From the NCBI RefSeq assembly GCF_037042905.1, contig NC_087245.1, positions 35,652,001 to 35,716,000 on the forward strand: a stretch of DNA of 64,000 nucleotides, in the 5' to 3' direction. The notes under the pieces were generated by a model. That model had not been told where the DNA came from and made no database searches. It was given only the letters and a program-made list of their open reading frames with translations. Source of the DNA: Lytechinus pictus. Taxonomy: Eukaryota. Below, in pieces: positions 1-13,250 of this stretch. Each line of letters opens with the position of its first letter. Position 1 is the first letter of the stretch. The position numbers and the translations under genes were made by a program.

Positions 1-269
1 ATTATATCATTATCAGTTTATTGGTCCCGTCTCTTAAAGAGTAATGATTGATCCGACCCAATCAGTCTCAGCTATGGAAATCCATCAATGTCATCATTTT
101 ATACCATAGAGTTTGGAAACGAAGAGAAGCTCACTTATTGGCCAAGTTATTGATGTACGTGTGTCTGTTGTTTAGAAAATAACCATTTGAATAGACGTAT
201 TTGAGATGTTGGTGTTACTGGCTTCCCATTTGCTTTTGATCGATCAGGTCAGTACAAACTGTTTAAGAC

Positions 270-1500
270 AGGTTCTTGGCAGCATATACTTGATATAGGG
301 GATATTTACGGTTGATAGTCGTGAAAGGGGTGATGGGATGGGAAGGTAAATTGGATGGGAAATAAACAATGAGAACGTGTCGAGAGAGCAGACTCATATT
401 TTGTAAAACAAGGTTTTAAAGGACTGTAAACCAGGTGAGATTTGATGGCTTAAACATGTTAAAGAAAAGTGGGACATTAGATATATTCATGAAATGCTGT
501 CAATAAATCCTCTCAAAAACAACAAATTTATAAATTATAACAATCATTTTATCATACTGTGATTCATATCCCTTCATTTCTTTTGATATAATTCCACAAA
601 GTGCGAGTAAGAAGGAGTAATTGGTGTTTGGGATATCTGCAAACCTTTACTATTTTTTTAGATGTTGCAATGCGTCTCAGAAAATTGATAATAACTTTAT
701 CTATGAATTCAGTCACATATATTCAGAAACATTTCGTAAAGGCTTCTATATGAAAAAAAAATGTATATTATATATAAAAATATGTATTCAACTGCAATGG
801 TTGTAACGGTCCTATCCAAAATGCAGTTTATGGAGAGCTGGTAGCCGTTTCATAACGCTGTTCGTAAGTTTAAGAGCGACTTTATAAGAACGACTGGTGA
901 GCCTTTCTTGTGCGCTGAATAATCACCAATGAAGATTAATGGTGAATATCATTACCACTGGAAAGGATCACCAGTCGTTCTTAAAGTCGCTCTAACAGCT
1001 ATTATGAAACGGCTCCCATGTCGCATTGGACGTCCTATATACAGCTCTGAAATTGTTGCGCCTCAGTCACACGGCGAAACAGACTTATCAAAGCTTTGAG
1101 TGTTTCCAATGGCATACCACCGGACGGTTCGCGCTGATATGACTGCAGCATTACATATGGTGATTTTTCGCCAAACAGTATTTAATACATTTCTGTCAAT
1201 TTTATGTTGTTTTCTTATTAAAACCAAAGATTATATATATCACATCTTTCTATGCACATAGACCTTGCCAAATATAGCAATTTTTCTGATCTTGTACGTA
1301 GACCTTGCATTGTCATTGTGTAGGCCTATAACTAATCTTACCAAAGAGGCTCAAAGAATAAAAGGCATGTTGTCTTTAATATCTTTTTTTTCTGTATTTC
1401 TAAACTCATGTAATTGTAGTTTTATACATAGTGTTTTTCTATTATTAGATATTAGGATCAGATTGTCCCAAGTGGGAAATTCATTTTGTGCAATTACAAT
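270..1500 (-). pseudogene. Putative fossil LRR gene segment
   Basis: NLILISNNRK (about 1465), FMNISNVPL (about 493), NLVLQNMSLL (about 416), LYQVYAAKNL (about 298). Confidence 0.35.
845..1013. mobile_element. Palindromic MITE, same family as 23564-23744
   Basis: ccgtttcataa...ttatgaaacgg with internal inverted arms. Confidence 0.8.
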
Positions 1501-2141
1501 ATGATAAAAAAAATTAACAGTACCCAGGCAGTTAAAAATGAAAGACTAAAACCAAGCAAAGAGTTTGAAAAATTGTTTTTAATTATACATCGTTGGCAAT
1601 AACCTCGACATTGTACGGCCCAATAATTAAAGACTGAGAACGAACAAATAAAAAAACCTTCGACACTTCCAAAAACCCCGTGACACCGTGTATACAAAAT
1701 AAAAATCAAACATGAGAACAATATTCTAAAGATCTTAAGGGATGATAAAGTGCTGAATAATTCTTTATTATTATAATTGACTTGGTTGATAAAAAATGTA
1801 AGTTGTCGCCATCAGAATTGACTTTTCTTTCTGTCTATATGCACAATTCCTGCAAATATCCACAGGAATGCGATTTGCGGTAAACACGATAATTAATATG
1901 TACTTTGTAAATAAGGGCGCGAACGTGACCGAGTATTGCTATAAGCTACTCCTTACATATGATAGGATGAAAGCAAATTAGTGAAAATTAATGACAGAAC
2001 TTTTCAAGGAACGCCCCCAGATTCCAGTACCAACTGCATTATCATGGTAATATTTAATGTGCATGTAGTTTTGATGGAGAAGGATGATGGTGATGATAAT
2101 GGTGGTGGTGGTGGTGGTGATGATGATGATGATGATGATAA

Positions 2142-3303
2142 CTCACGCTTACAAAAAATACAGAATTCTGCAGCCCGTATTGTTACCATCATCAGACGCT
2201 TTAATACTCGCATAACCATCGTTCTGTCATCACTGCATTGGTTACCCACTGAGTACCGTATTGCATTTAAGTTATCAGTTTTTCACTGTATCAATGGATC
2301 TGACCCCAGAATATAATGTAAATTTGTTGATGCCAAGCAATTCTCTTCGACATTTAAAGGACAAGTCCACCTCAACAAAACGTGGATTTGAATAAAAAGA
2401 GAAAAATCCAAAAAGCATAACACTGAAAATTTCATCAAAATCGGATGTGAAACAAGAAAGTTATGACATTTTAAAGTTTTGCTTAATTAAAAAAAACAGT
2501 TATATGCACATCCTGGTTGGTATGCAAATGAGGAAACTGATGACGTCATCCACTCACTATTTCTTTTGTATTTTATTACATGAAATATGAAATATTCTAA
2601 TTTTCTCCTCATTTTTAAGTGAAACAATGATTAATTCCTCTCCGAACATGTGGAATTAGTATTGTTTAATAATATATGGTTCAGTCAAGTTGGTCCTAAT
2701 TGCCAAATCTTTAAAAAATGAAATATTGTATAATTCAAACAATAAAAACAAAAGAAATAGTGAGTGAGGGTCATCATCGACTGTCTCATTTGCTTGTCAC
2801 TGAATTGTGCATATCACTGTATTGTGAAAATAAGCGAAACTTTAAAATGTCATAACTTTCTTATTTTACATCCGATTTTGATGAAATTTTCAGCATTATG
2901 CTAGTATGATTTTTCTCTATTTATTCACATCAACTTTTTTTCTGGGGTGGACTTGACCTTTAAGATCTTCAAAATTGCTTGCAGTTCCTAAATCGAAGAA
3001 ATCATGGGGGATCGGTCATTTGCACATGCTGGACAATCCTTGCGGAATCAGTTGCCATATTCCATCCCTAACATTTTAAATATCGATTGCCGGGATCGAT
3101 TATTTCAAAATTGCTCTAAAATCCCATCTGTTTAAAATTGTCTTCAAGTAGTTTGCTCTCCTTGTCATGATTGTGTTTCTTTTATTCTTTGTCTTTTCCG
3201 GCTCCATGTATTTTTCTTATTTCCTTCTCTCAGCACCTTGAGCACATAACCAATGTGGATTTGGCGCTTTAGAAATATTCTATATTATTATTAATATTAT
3301 TAT
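2142..3303 (+). mobile_element. 5'-truncated L2/CR1-group LINE fragment, split by a MITE
   Basis: SRLQKIQNSAARIVT...LHWLPTEYRIAFK, then after the MITE LRSSKLLAVPKSKKSWGDRSFAHAG...NQLP. L2-like 3' end gcaccttgagcac...gcgctttagaaat...(tat)n. Confidence 0.85.
2358..2959. mobile_element. TTAA-flanked MITE with AGG...CCT termini (Kolobok-type), family A
   Basis: ttaa|aggacaagtccacc...ggtggacttgacct|ttaa with long internal inverted arms. Confidence 0.9.
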
Positions 3304-4095
3304 TATGGTGATGATGGTGGTGGTGGTTGTTTTAAGGATGATGATGATGACGACGATGATGATGATGGTGGTAGTGATGATGATGGTGGTGGTGATGACG
3401 GTGATATAGATGATGATGATGATGATGATGGTGGAGGTGGTGATCTAGATGATGATGGTGGTGGTGGTGATGGTAATGATGATGATGACGATGATAGTGG
3501 TGATATAGATGATGAGGATGATGATGATGATAATGATGGTGGTGGTGATGATGGTGGTGGTGGTGATGATGGTGATGTAGATGATGATGATGGTGATGGT
3601 AATGATGATGATGGTGATGATGATGGTGGTGGTGGTGATGGTGATGGTAATGATGATGATGATGATGACGACGATGATGATGATAATGATGATGGTGATG
3701 ATGATGGTGATGATGATGATGATAGTGGTGATATAGATGATGAGGATGATGATGATGGTGGTGGTGATGGTGGTGGTGGTTATGGTGATGTAGATGATGA
3801 TGATGATGGTGATGGTAATGATGATGATGGTGATGATGATGGTGGTGGTGGTGATGATGATGATGATGATGACGACGATGATGATGATGATAATGATGAT
3901 GGGGATGACGATGATGGTGATGATGATGGTGATGATGATATGATGGTGGTGATGAAGGTGATATAGATGACGATGATGGTGATGATGACGATGATGGTGG
4001 TGATGATGGTGATGATGATGATGGTGGTGGTGATGATGGTGATATATATGATGATGGTGATGATAGTGGTGATGATGGGGATGATGGTGGTGGTA
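3304..4095. repeat. Compound (GAT/GGT)n microsatellite
   Basis: Seen directly; follows the L2 tail. Confidence 0.95.
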
Positions 4096-5787
4096 GATTT
4101 GAGTCTCAATGCCTAAAACATGTAAAACGTGGAGGATTAATACGTCATATCCATCCCCTCCAATTTGCCATAGTGTGACGTCACATGACAATGCATGCGT
4201 GTAACTTCTGTAACCCCATCCCAAGAAGAAAAAAACGATATCACTTTTTTTTCGGTGAAACCCGCCACGAGAACAACCAATTTTCCCGTTAAAAATAATA
4301 CTTGTTTCAGGGCATAGGGGAGGATGGTTGAAAAATAGAGTGTAATATTGTAAACATTCAAACAAATCTCTGTACAATATTACAATAATATAACCATGAT
4401 AACGTCTTTGTGTTTCATTAAATGTTGATTTTCTTGTGGTTTCTCTGCTTGCCTTCTTGTTATTCATTTTTGTAGTCCATGAACTGCGTGAAGCCTTTAA
4501 CGGAATAAACATTATAACTTATTCCCAAAGACTGGCGCTACGCTATCAAAACATTACGGCAGCTGGTAAATATCGTCACACGCAACGAACATTTTGGAAA
4601 CAGGCCAGATGAACTGAGCCAATCATTGCTGGGAATATATAATAATAATAATAAAGAATATAAATAAAATGTGAAAGTAAAAAAAAACACAGCAACTACA
4701 ACACAGGTAGGAAAATATTGACAACTTTTGGAGTTAATGACCCCCCCCCCCCTCCCGAGTGAAAATTGATTCTATTTTCGAGATTGAAAACAGAAAAACG
4801 GTAATTTTTCAATAGTTTGATTTAAGAATAAAATATGTGAAACGGGAAAACAGAAAAACTGTTCATTTTTCAACTTTACTGTTTTTATATATTAATTGTT
4901 AGTTTTTCCTTTGAAAAACACAAAATTGAATTGAATTTTCGTTTCCTTTTCTGTTTCGCCTTCACGAAACAGAAAATTGAATCGAATCTCTCGTTTCCTT
5001 TTTCTGTTTTGCGTTCACTAAACCAAAAATTAAATTTAAATCTCGGTTCCTTTTTCTGTTTCGCCTTCACGAAACAGAAAATTAGTGAGCGCGCCACCTC
5101 GTTTCATTTTTTCCGTTTCGAAATCAGAAACTCGAATTATCTTATCGTACCTCCGTCAAGGTACGATTAGATAATTCCTTTTTCTTTGGCCAAACGGAAA
5201 TTGAAGACTGCTGAAGCTTTTGCAAAAGGGGCGGAGTCAGAACTAAGCACTTATGGCTGGCCGGCCTTGTGAAACCTTGATGTTAACAACTATCCACCTT
5301 ATCCACACTCTGAAGGAAGCGGTTTTGAGATTAATTTTTAGCCTTTATCATTTAAAATTAATAGGAAACAATGAGGAAAAAGCCCTGAACACCACAATGT
5401 CAATACCACGCTGCGGGTAAATTTAATTCAACTACAAGTGCATCGAAAAGGGACGGTGTACATGGTGTCATGTCGACTTCCAAACTTTTAAATATTTTAT
5501 ATTCTTATTTCAGATTTTTATTATTTTAAAGAAAAAAAGAAGGAATGACTAAATCATAAAGACAGATTTTCTCTTGAAATACTTGGAATCGGAGGCCTAA
5601 CAAGCATGAGAGAACAAGTTTACATGCTAGTTGTACTAGGCCTCTCTTTGTTCTAGATATAAATTATTGGCTTGCCTCTTAGCTTTGACCTCTGAAAGGG
5701 ACAAGAAAGGGGGCAAGAGCTGGTGGTTGAGAGGCACAACACCCCTGTTACCTTTTACTATAGTCATGTATATAAGGAAAGTCATGA

Positions 5788-5860
5788 CCGGTGTGTTGAC
5801 TCAGTTGGTAGAGCGTCCGTCTCACAACCGGGAGTTCGAGGGTTCAAACCCCCCAAAGCC
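5788..5860 (+). mobile_element. tRNA-like SINE head fragment
   Basis: tgactcagttggtagagc...ggttcaaaccc; no acceptor stem. Confidence 0.65.
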
Positions 5861-5920
5861 CATTATGTTGGCCTTACACTCCTTTAAAGTTTGAAAGAAT
5901 AACGATAGCTTTCGAGTTAA

Positions 5921-6521
5921 AGGGATGATCCAGGCTGGTGATATTTATATCTCAATAAATATAGTAAAATTCGCAGAGCAAAATGCTGAAAATTTCATCA
6001 AAATCGGATGACGAAATAATTAAGTTATTGAATTTAAAGATTTGCATTATTCCGGTAAAACAGTTCTAGGCATGTCTCATGAATATTCATTAGGTGGCTG
6101 ATGATGTCATATCCCCATTTGTTCTTTTGTATTTTATTATATGAAATTAGCTTTATTCAAAAATTTTCTCCAGAACTAAAACAATTGGATTGACAACTGA
6201 TTAAGGGCACAATAGTTTTTTATTGCCGCAACTTATTTCTTCATAATGGAGACACATCATTTTATACACATGTATGAAAAAATGAAACAATTATGATTTC
6301 ATGTAATAACATAAGAAAAAGGAAAGTGGGGATACGACATCATCAGCCCACCTAATGAATATTCATGACGATGTGCATATAGCACAAAATATTGATAAAC
6401 TTTAAAAAAATTCAATAACTTCGTTATTTGTTATCCAATTTTGATGAAATTTTCAGCATTTTGCTCTGTGAATTTTACTCTATTTATTTAGATATAAATG
6501 TTTGCAGCCCGGACCTTCCCT
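5921..6521. mobile_element. TTAA-flanked Kolobok-type MITE, related subfamily
   Basis: ttaa|agggatgatccaggctg...cagcccggaccttccct|ttaa; shares the arm motif gctgaaaatttcatcaaaatcggat. Confidence 0.88.
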
Positions 6522-7854
6522 TTAAGACTTATAGAACTGAAGAAGACTGAGACTGATCGTAATGAATTGAATAAAGTCTGCGACTGAAAACTATCACAAT
6601 ACTATGGTCCAATACCCAGATGAATATTGATTTTTCATGGTCTGACGATGCCATGAATTGAACCGCAATCTGTGAACTATATTCCGGTTTCCGAACTATA
6701 CAGATCTATTTGTCAAAGCCAAAAATTGTTGATTAAAGATATTAATCTGATCCTAATCATGACGAATAGAGGAATATTTCGATTGATCTTGCAAATTGGA
6801 ATGGGCAACCTTGACTGTGGCAAAGTAAAGTCAACACGCAGACGCGTTGTAATTGAACAACAGAGTTCATGACTTTGATTACAAATTATCATAGAAAGTT
6901 GAAGGCTATGAAAGCTTTTTCCTGCACTGTTTCATCAAACCTTTTCGATCTGATGATGAAAGACACAGAAATAAACTTTTATCAATTTTTCATTTTCTTT
7001 TCCGTAAAATTTTCTCTTTTCTATTTTGTAAATTTTTGTCAACCGATTCGAAATCCATAGTGTGGGAAGATTATCAATGTCGCTTTTACGAAATTTATTT
7101 TATTTTTTACATATTTGATTTCCCTTCAGCTGTATTAGTTTAACTAAAGATATGTTTCCCTTTTTGGCGACATTACCTTTGAAACAAAATATTTAAAGAG
7201 GAGCAAATAATTGAACAGCATGAACAAGATAACCCAATTAACTAAGAGGTAATTTGTTGGCAAAGTAAACACCAATCTCGCAACACATACAGCTAAATAC
7301 TTAATTGATACTGTCACTTAATTAAAGCGGACATCCGAGTTGATAATTATGTTTGTCATTTTCTACAACCCACGAATATGATGAATGAGACAGAAAGAGC
7401 CGTGTGTTGTTTACAAAAGAAATAGCATTTATTCATACATCTCCCTTTTTTAAACTATATTGGTTTTAATATATACACGAAGAAAATAGTTTTGTAGAGA
7501 TTTTTACTCGCACTATTCATCTGGGCACTTGACAAGCACGAGTACGATAATATGCCAACGGCAGTCTGTACTTTACAGGAAGAAGAAAAAAAGAAGAAAA
7601 ATATTCATAAAAGACACCACATCAACCACGACCACCGCAATCAACAACCACAACAAATTTACTCTGCAATGTCATGCACTCAGAATATTTGCATTAGACC
7701 TTAATCCTGAAAAGTTCAATTGGCTCATTAAAAAGGGAGAAAGTGGGTGGAAATATATAGGTCTTACTAAATTACATCAAAGAAAAAACATCGATAGCAA
7801 TTGTAGTACAGAAGACAATGATTTCTTTCTTTTTTTGATAAATGGTCATAATTT

Positions 7855-8095
7855 TGATGATGATGATAATAGTAATAATAATAGTAATAATAATAATAAT
7901 AATAGTAATAATGATGATAATAACAATAATAATAACAACAACAACAACAATAATAATAATAATAATGATAATAATAATGTGATGATATCAATGAAAAGTA
8001 ATTATCCTAATAGCAATAGCCAAAATAATAATTAAAAACTAATTTGAAAAAAAATGATGACAATAACAAAAATAATATAATGATAATGACGAATA
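7855..8095. repeat. (AAT/AAC/GAT)n microsatellite
   Basis: Seen directly. Confidence 0.9.
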
Positions 8096-9367
8096 ATGTA
8101 AGATAGCAACGTAACCGGTAGAATACAGTTCCAGGAATGATTATTGTTCTATATTAAAACGAAGAATAATCACCCATTTCAGTCAAATAAAAATATATAC
8201 ATGTATTTATAAATGGGACAATCTCTTTAAGAAGAAAAAAATCAATATACTCTGCAATTGCAACGTTTACATACGAGATTATCAGAGTATCTAAGATTTA
8301 CATATATTTCAGTCAAGTATAAATGTAACTCTTTAATCAGTAATATTGGAATATAATATGATTTACTTTTTATTTCAGATTTTTATCCTTTAATACAAAG
8401 AAAAAATATTACAAAAATACATGTTAATCACTTTATTATTTTTTTTCATGACTTATTCGCTCTACCGCAGTACCGGCTTCCCGTGGTAAACCTTACATCG
8501 ACTTTTTCATATACAGTAATCATAAAAAACATCACGAACATAACAAAATGTACAAAATTCTTGCGAATGACATTAAATTCCACAGACATAATTTGGGGTC
8601 GAAATAAGTCCACCCTAACAAAAAGTTTAAATTACTGTTACAAATTTAGTTGATCTCAGCTGACATGTCTATTTATATTTGTCATCTCATTTGTAAACTT
8701 CATTTCCTTGCAAACGTTTGTATTTGTAATGTACAAGTGAAAGGGATATTCCCCGTAAGGAGATGATAAATTTCAATTCAATACAAGTTGACTTGAATGA
8801 GAAGAGAAATCTCAAACAAGTGTATTAAATTGATTTCATTATATTATCTGATTTAAAATAAGGAAGTAACAATATCTCAAAGATTCACTAAATTTTACAA
8901 AACTGTTATGCATAACAATGATGTATCATTATTATGCAAATGAATCAATGTGGTATCACACATTCATTATTTCCCTTGCAATGTGCTGAATAAAAACATA
9001 AAATAGTTTGGTTTCTTTTTTAGATTCGATAACAATTATGACGAATCTACATATCCAGGACCGAGTCATCCATGCTTGAAATTGTCACTGATATGCAATA
9101 AATTGAAGCAATTCCTATTTGAAATAATACAAATCAGTTAGCGAGTGTATTACGTCATTGGTTTCCTTATTTTAATTCCACCCGTTTCCCGAAAATAAGC
9201 GAATAAATAAAATAAGCGAATGCTATAACTTTCTTATTTCACATCAGAATCTGATACTTTCTCAGCGATAGTTTCGATTCATTTTGTTCTTTTCATTCAA
9301 ATCGACTTGTTCGTGTGGAAGAACTTTGCTTTTAAAATGACAGAGCCCAGTCTAATATGCGGCGTAT

Positions 9368-9596
9368 CACTGGCGGATCCGGGGGGGGGGGGGCACAGGG
9401 GGCACGTGCCCCCCCCCCTTGAGAAATAAAATTAAAATTTGTAATGTAAAAATGCCATTAAAACAGAGGTTTGCCCCCTCTTGAAATTGAAGACCCTTTT
9501 TTTTGCTTGTCAATTTTTTTTCGGGTACGAAATATCCTTAATTTGTGGTTGAAAAATGTGCCCCCCCCCTTTTGGAAAATCCTGGATCCGCACCTG
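9368..9596. mobile_element. hAT MITE in the 3' UTR of the HYR gene
   Basis: 8-bp TSD cggcgtat (9360-9367, 9597-9604); TIRs cactggcggatcc / ggatccgcacctg. Confidence 0.9.
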
Positions 9597-9622
9597 CGGC
9601 GTATGGGAATACTTTTATAACG

Positions 9623-9819
9623 CTAATCAGACTCGTTTGAAGAATCGTTTGTTTTATTCGAATCGGCATTATCAGAACTGTTCTCACTGGAACTAGAACT
9701 GTTCTCACTGGAACTGGAACTGGAACTGGAACTACCGGAACCACTGCTTTCTTGAGTAGTAGTCGTTGTGGCGGCCGTAGTCGTTGTGGCGGCCGTAGTC
9801 GTAGTTGTAGTGGTTGGTT
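9623..9819 (-). CDS. HYR-domain protein terminal exon (Thr-rich stalk plus Ser/Asn/Asp/Glu-rich tail)
   Basis: Acceptor ccctctacag. Phase 1 gives EPTTTTTTTAATTTTAATTTTTQESSGSGSSSSSSSSSENSSSSSENSSDNADSNKTNDSSNESD-TAG. Mixed synonymous codons (ACC/ACT/ACA/ACG; AGT/TCC/TCT) point to coding sequence rather than a microsatellite. Confidence 0.8.
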
Positions 9820-10663
9820 CTGTAGAGGGTTATTTGATAGAAGTGTGTGTGTGTATGTGTGTGTGAGTGAGGATGTGAGGATGTGTGTGTGTGTGTGTGT
9901 AGGGGGGTGGTGGTTATAAGGAGTTTGGTGGAGAAAGGGTAAGGCAACAAGAAATGGAAATGTATGACACAAAACGCAGAAATATATAAAGATGACAAAA
10001 ATGTTTGAGGCGAATTAGAGCATTTGCCATATTGAGAAGTGATCAGGAATTCAAGGGTAGTAAAAGAAGAAAAATCTAGATAAATTAATGATTCAATGGG
10101 GGGGGGGTCAAGTAAACAATGAAATAGACGGAAATGACACAAAAAAGAGACAAGTGAGACACCGAGAATGGTCTGAAGTACAAAATAAACAACGCAACAC
10201 CACAAATCTGACAAATCTGTGTATTTTGACTGAGCAATGTGTAATATGACTATCAAATTTTAACAGAAATTCCATTCTGAAAATGCATAGGGCCTAAATT
10301 GCAGCTGTACATGATAGTGAATGTTATTTCTCGTCTCATTTTTTGTCGAATAGCCGACAACTATATAACATGTTTCTATATCCATGAACATTTATCATGC
10401 TGACGTAGTCATAACAATCGATTTATAATTTTGGGACGGTAAAAATGGAAATATCAGTAAAGCACAATATTCATTTTGACAGTGAATTTAATATAGGAAA
10501 ACAACCATGTTGAATAGTATTTGTCTGGTAAAAAGAAGGGTTTCTTCAGCTGGGGTCTGGTAGATAATGGGTAGTTTCAGACCTTATCACCTCTCGTGAT
10601 GGATAGCGCTATCAATCACCAGTCATGATAGATCACACGCATGCATGCTCTTTTATCGTGAGT

Positions 10664-10905
10664 GGGTGCGTCTAGTGGTTCTGACTCTCGCCTTTCAAAC
10701 AGAGGGTCGTGGGTTCGAATCCTAGCCAATTTATCCACACTATACTGCACTCGACCCAGGTGAGGTGAATGGGTAACAGGCAGGAATAATTCCTTGAATG
10801 CAGTGAGCGCCGGTGATGGTAGCTCGACCTAAAGCCGGGGTAATTATAGCAAACGCTTTGTATCCTCAGGCAAAACGGGCTATATAAATCCAGCTATTAT
10901 TATGA
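10664..10905 (+). mobile_element. tRNA-derived SINE
   Basis: tctagtgg and ggttcgaatcc boxes, central cactcgacccaggtg..aatgggta domain, gctatataaat..(tat)n tail. Confidence 0.8.
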
Positions 10906-11013
10906 TTAATGATTGATCGCAATTTGTGATGCGGTAACGCCGATGATAAGGTGTATTATAAAAAAAAGTTTCTATTATGGAGTTATGTTATTATAACAGC
11001 TCCATGTCTCTAA

Positions 11014-11620
11014 TATGGAAACGTTTAAGTTCCACCCGGATGTTTGGATAATCGTCTCACCACGTCTACATCCCCTAGGAAAGATGATGAAATGATATGA
11101 TCTTAGACCTCGCTGTATAACGAGTGAGAGATGATGACATGAAATTCTCTTGTATCCGAGATCGCATGATCAATTCTGATCATCTCTTTTCCAGAGTGCA
11201 GACATAGTGATGATCATGGCATATTATCATCTCTTTTAAAAAAGATGTAGCCATAACTACATCCGAGATATTGTCATCTGACCTTCTCTCCTACGGGATG
11301 TAGACATGGCGAGATCCGAGATCTTGCCATCCGATCATCTCTCCCACAGGATGATGAAGACATGATGAGATACACGATCTTGTCATCTGACCATCTCAAC
11401 ATGATGTAGACATGACGAGATCCGACATCTTGCCATCTGATCATCTCTCCCACAGATGTAGACATGACGAGATCTTAGATTTTTGTCATTTCATCATTTA
11501 TTACTCAGATTATTGACAGAGCAAGGTCTAAGATCATGGCATCTCAATATCTCTTTCTCAGGATGCAAACATAACGAGATGATAATCTGAACGTCTGGGT
11601 GGAACTTTTAAACTTCCATA
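11014..11620. mobile_element. TIR element with internal tandem repeats of about 55 bp
   Basis: tatggaa..ttaagttccacccggatgtt / aacgtctgggtggaactttta..ttccata; internal gatgtagacatgacgagatccga units. Confidence 0.7.
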
Positions 11621-12313
11621 CTCAATAGCATGACATGTTCCTAACTGATCACAACTGGTTATGTCTGAGTGGTACTTTGATTGTGCTGTATCATTTGCAT
11701 TAAACTACAACGGATAACATCTCGTCACAGTGCACGAAACATGTATTGTGCACTGTGACGAATCATACACCACAATATGGAATGTAACAGGTGTTACGTA
11801 CCTGAAAGACAATCATGAACATACTTGATCGCCCGTTGCAATCTAATTCAAATTCAAATTTTCAAATTCAAATTTATTTATTTCACTTCCATCAAACAAA
11901 AACAAATTGTATACCATATATAAACATAAATATTTGTATCCGTTGCAAAAAAAACTAAAAAATTAATAATACATATGTTGTGAAAAAAACACTTAGACAA
12001 TTTAGGCAACACATTGTAGGTTTTAAATATGTACAGATATATGTCATCAAATGAGAAAAAATAAATAAATGAGAGAGAAATAATACTCCCAAAATAAATA
12101 CGAAGTTATCAAAAAATATAGTTTGATATAGGACAAAACAACCCGTCCTAAAATATATCCACCCTTCTATAGCAAGAGGTGACAATGTGATCTCCACTGG
12201 TGAATGATAGCGCGATCTATCCCGTGTGGCGATTGCATCTTAAAACGAAAATGGTAGAAAAGAAAAGAAAAACACTCGCAAAATAATTAATGGAAGGATT
12301 CCAGTATACCTAC

Positions 12314-12541
12314 CTACAACTGTAACAGTAAATGAACATGTGCCTTGGTTTGATGAACTGTCTGTGGCAGTCACAGTAACTGTCGTTGGACCCAGAGGAA
12401 AGGTGTCTCCTGGTCCTAGTGGGTCATAGGTTAATGTTGGTGAAGGGTCGACATTGTCTGTCACAGTAACTGAACTGAATGTTACAGTTGTTGAATCGGT
12501 GGTGAAGTCAGCCGGGCATGTGACTACAGGATCCTGATTGT
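12314..12541 (-). CDS. HYR-domain protein exon 6 (HYR repeat 5)
   Basis: Acceptor aattttgtcag, donor G|gtaggt, 228 nt, phase 1-1. DNQDPVVTCPADF...GDTFPLGPTTVTVTATDSSSNQGTCSFTVTVV. Confidence 0.92.
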
Positions 12542-12981
12542 CTGACAAAATTAATGATGAATACAAAATACAAAATCAATTACAGTTTTCACCGGACAAA
12601 TGGAATATATTCAATTCAATTCAATTGAACATTTACTTTCTTCCGATTGACATTACACAGGTTACAAAGGACCCCATGGAAGAACAGTGGTATTTTATTA
12701 ATACCGCTAAAATGGTGGTATTATATTAATACCGCTGAAATGGGCCATCTTCCATATGATCTGTTCGTTATGTTAAATTGAGCATTTATATATTCTATTT
12801 TTTATATGGAAATAAATACAAACAAATACAAACAAACATCCAATTTCATATAAAATAAAGAAAGTAAAAATAATATATAATTGATGTACATGGAAGGCGT
12901 AAAAACCCAGAGAGTACGTAGCAGGTGCTTGTGTCGGGCTACGCTTGTAACTAAACAATACCAAAAGAAAGGGCAAGAGAA

Positions 12982-13250
12982 GGATCGTGTGGTCCAGTGG
13001 TTAGAGCATTGTACTCATAATCGCAAGGTTGTGAGTTCGAATCCCTTCTCTGCCATTGTATCCACTTTGATAAAAAGGCCCGAGAGTAATATCTGTCGTC
13101 TATAAGGTCAGCCACTATGACTGATCAACCTAAACGAAAATGTTTCCTAGGTAATTGGTTATATACCAGCTTGGCGTTAACCAGCAAAATGCTGTCCTGT
13201 CGAGTTCCTACGGGAGTTACCATAAAAACAGAAAAACAAAAACAGAACGA
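12982..13250 (+). mobile_element. tRNA-derived SINE
   Basis: tggtccagtgg and agttcgaatcc boxes, body and A-rich tail. Confidence 0.75.

Larger units (their letters stand above)
4370..7450 (-). pseudogene. Putative fossil LRR(-Ig) gene segment
   Basis: RLVFTLPTNYLL, SLVKLIQLKGNQI (7150-7112), SDIDNLPTLWISNRLTKIYKIEKRKFYG (7084-7001), RLISLINNFWL*QID, L*NNKNLK*EYKIFKSL (about 5530-5480). Confidence 0.5.

Noticed and set aside
3445..4512. 355-aa ORF with poly-His and Ile/Thr runs
   Set aside because: Mostly the translation of a (GAT/GGT)n microsatellite that lacks stops on this strand; no splice context or domain.
7529..8035. Poly-Asn ORF (and poly-Ile ORFs at 25592, poly-Asn at 61233)
   Set aside because: Microsatellite translations.
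9538..10256. ORF-track peptides QLRLRPPQ.../NYDYGRHND...
   Set aside because: These are the two other frames over the terminal exon; only the Thr/Ser frame fits the acceptor and the phase-1 junction.
12982..13056. tRNA-Met-like gene (also tRNA-like heads at 5788, 10664, 38770, 61176)
   Set aside because: A/B boxes are present but acceptor stems are poor or absent and most continue into SINE bodies and tails.
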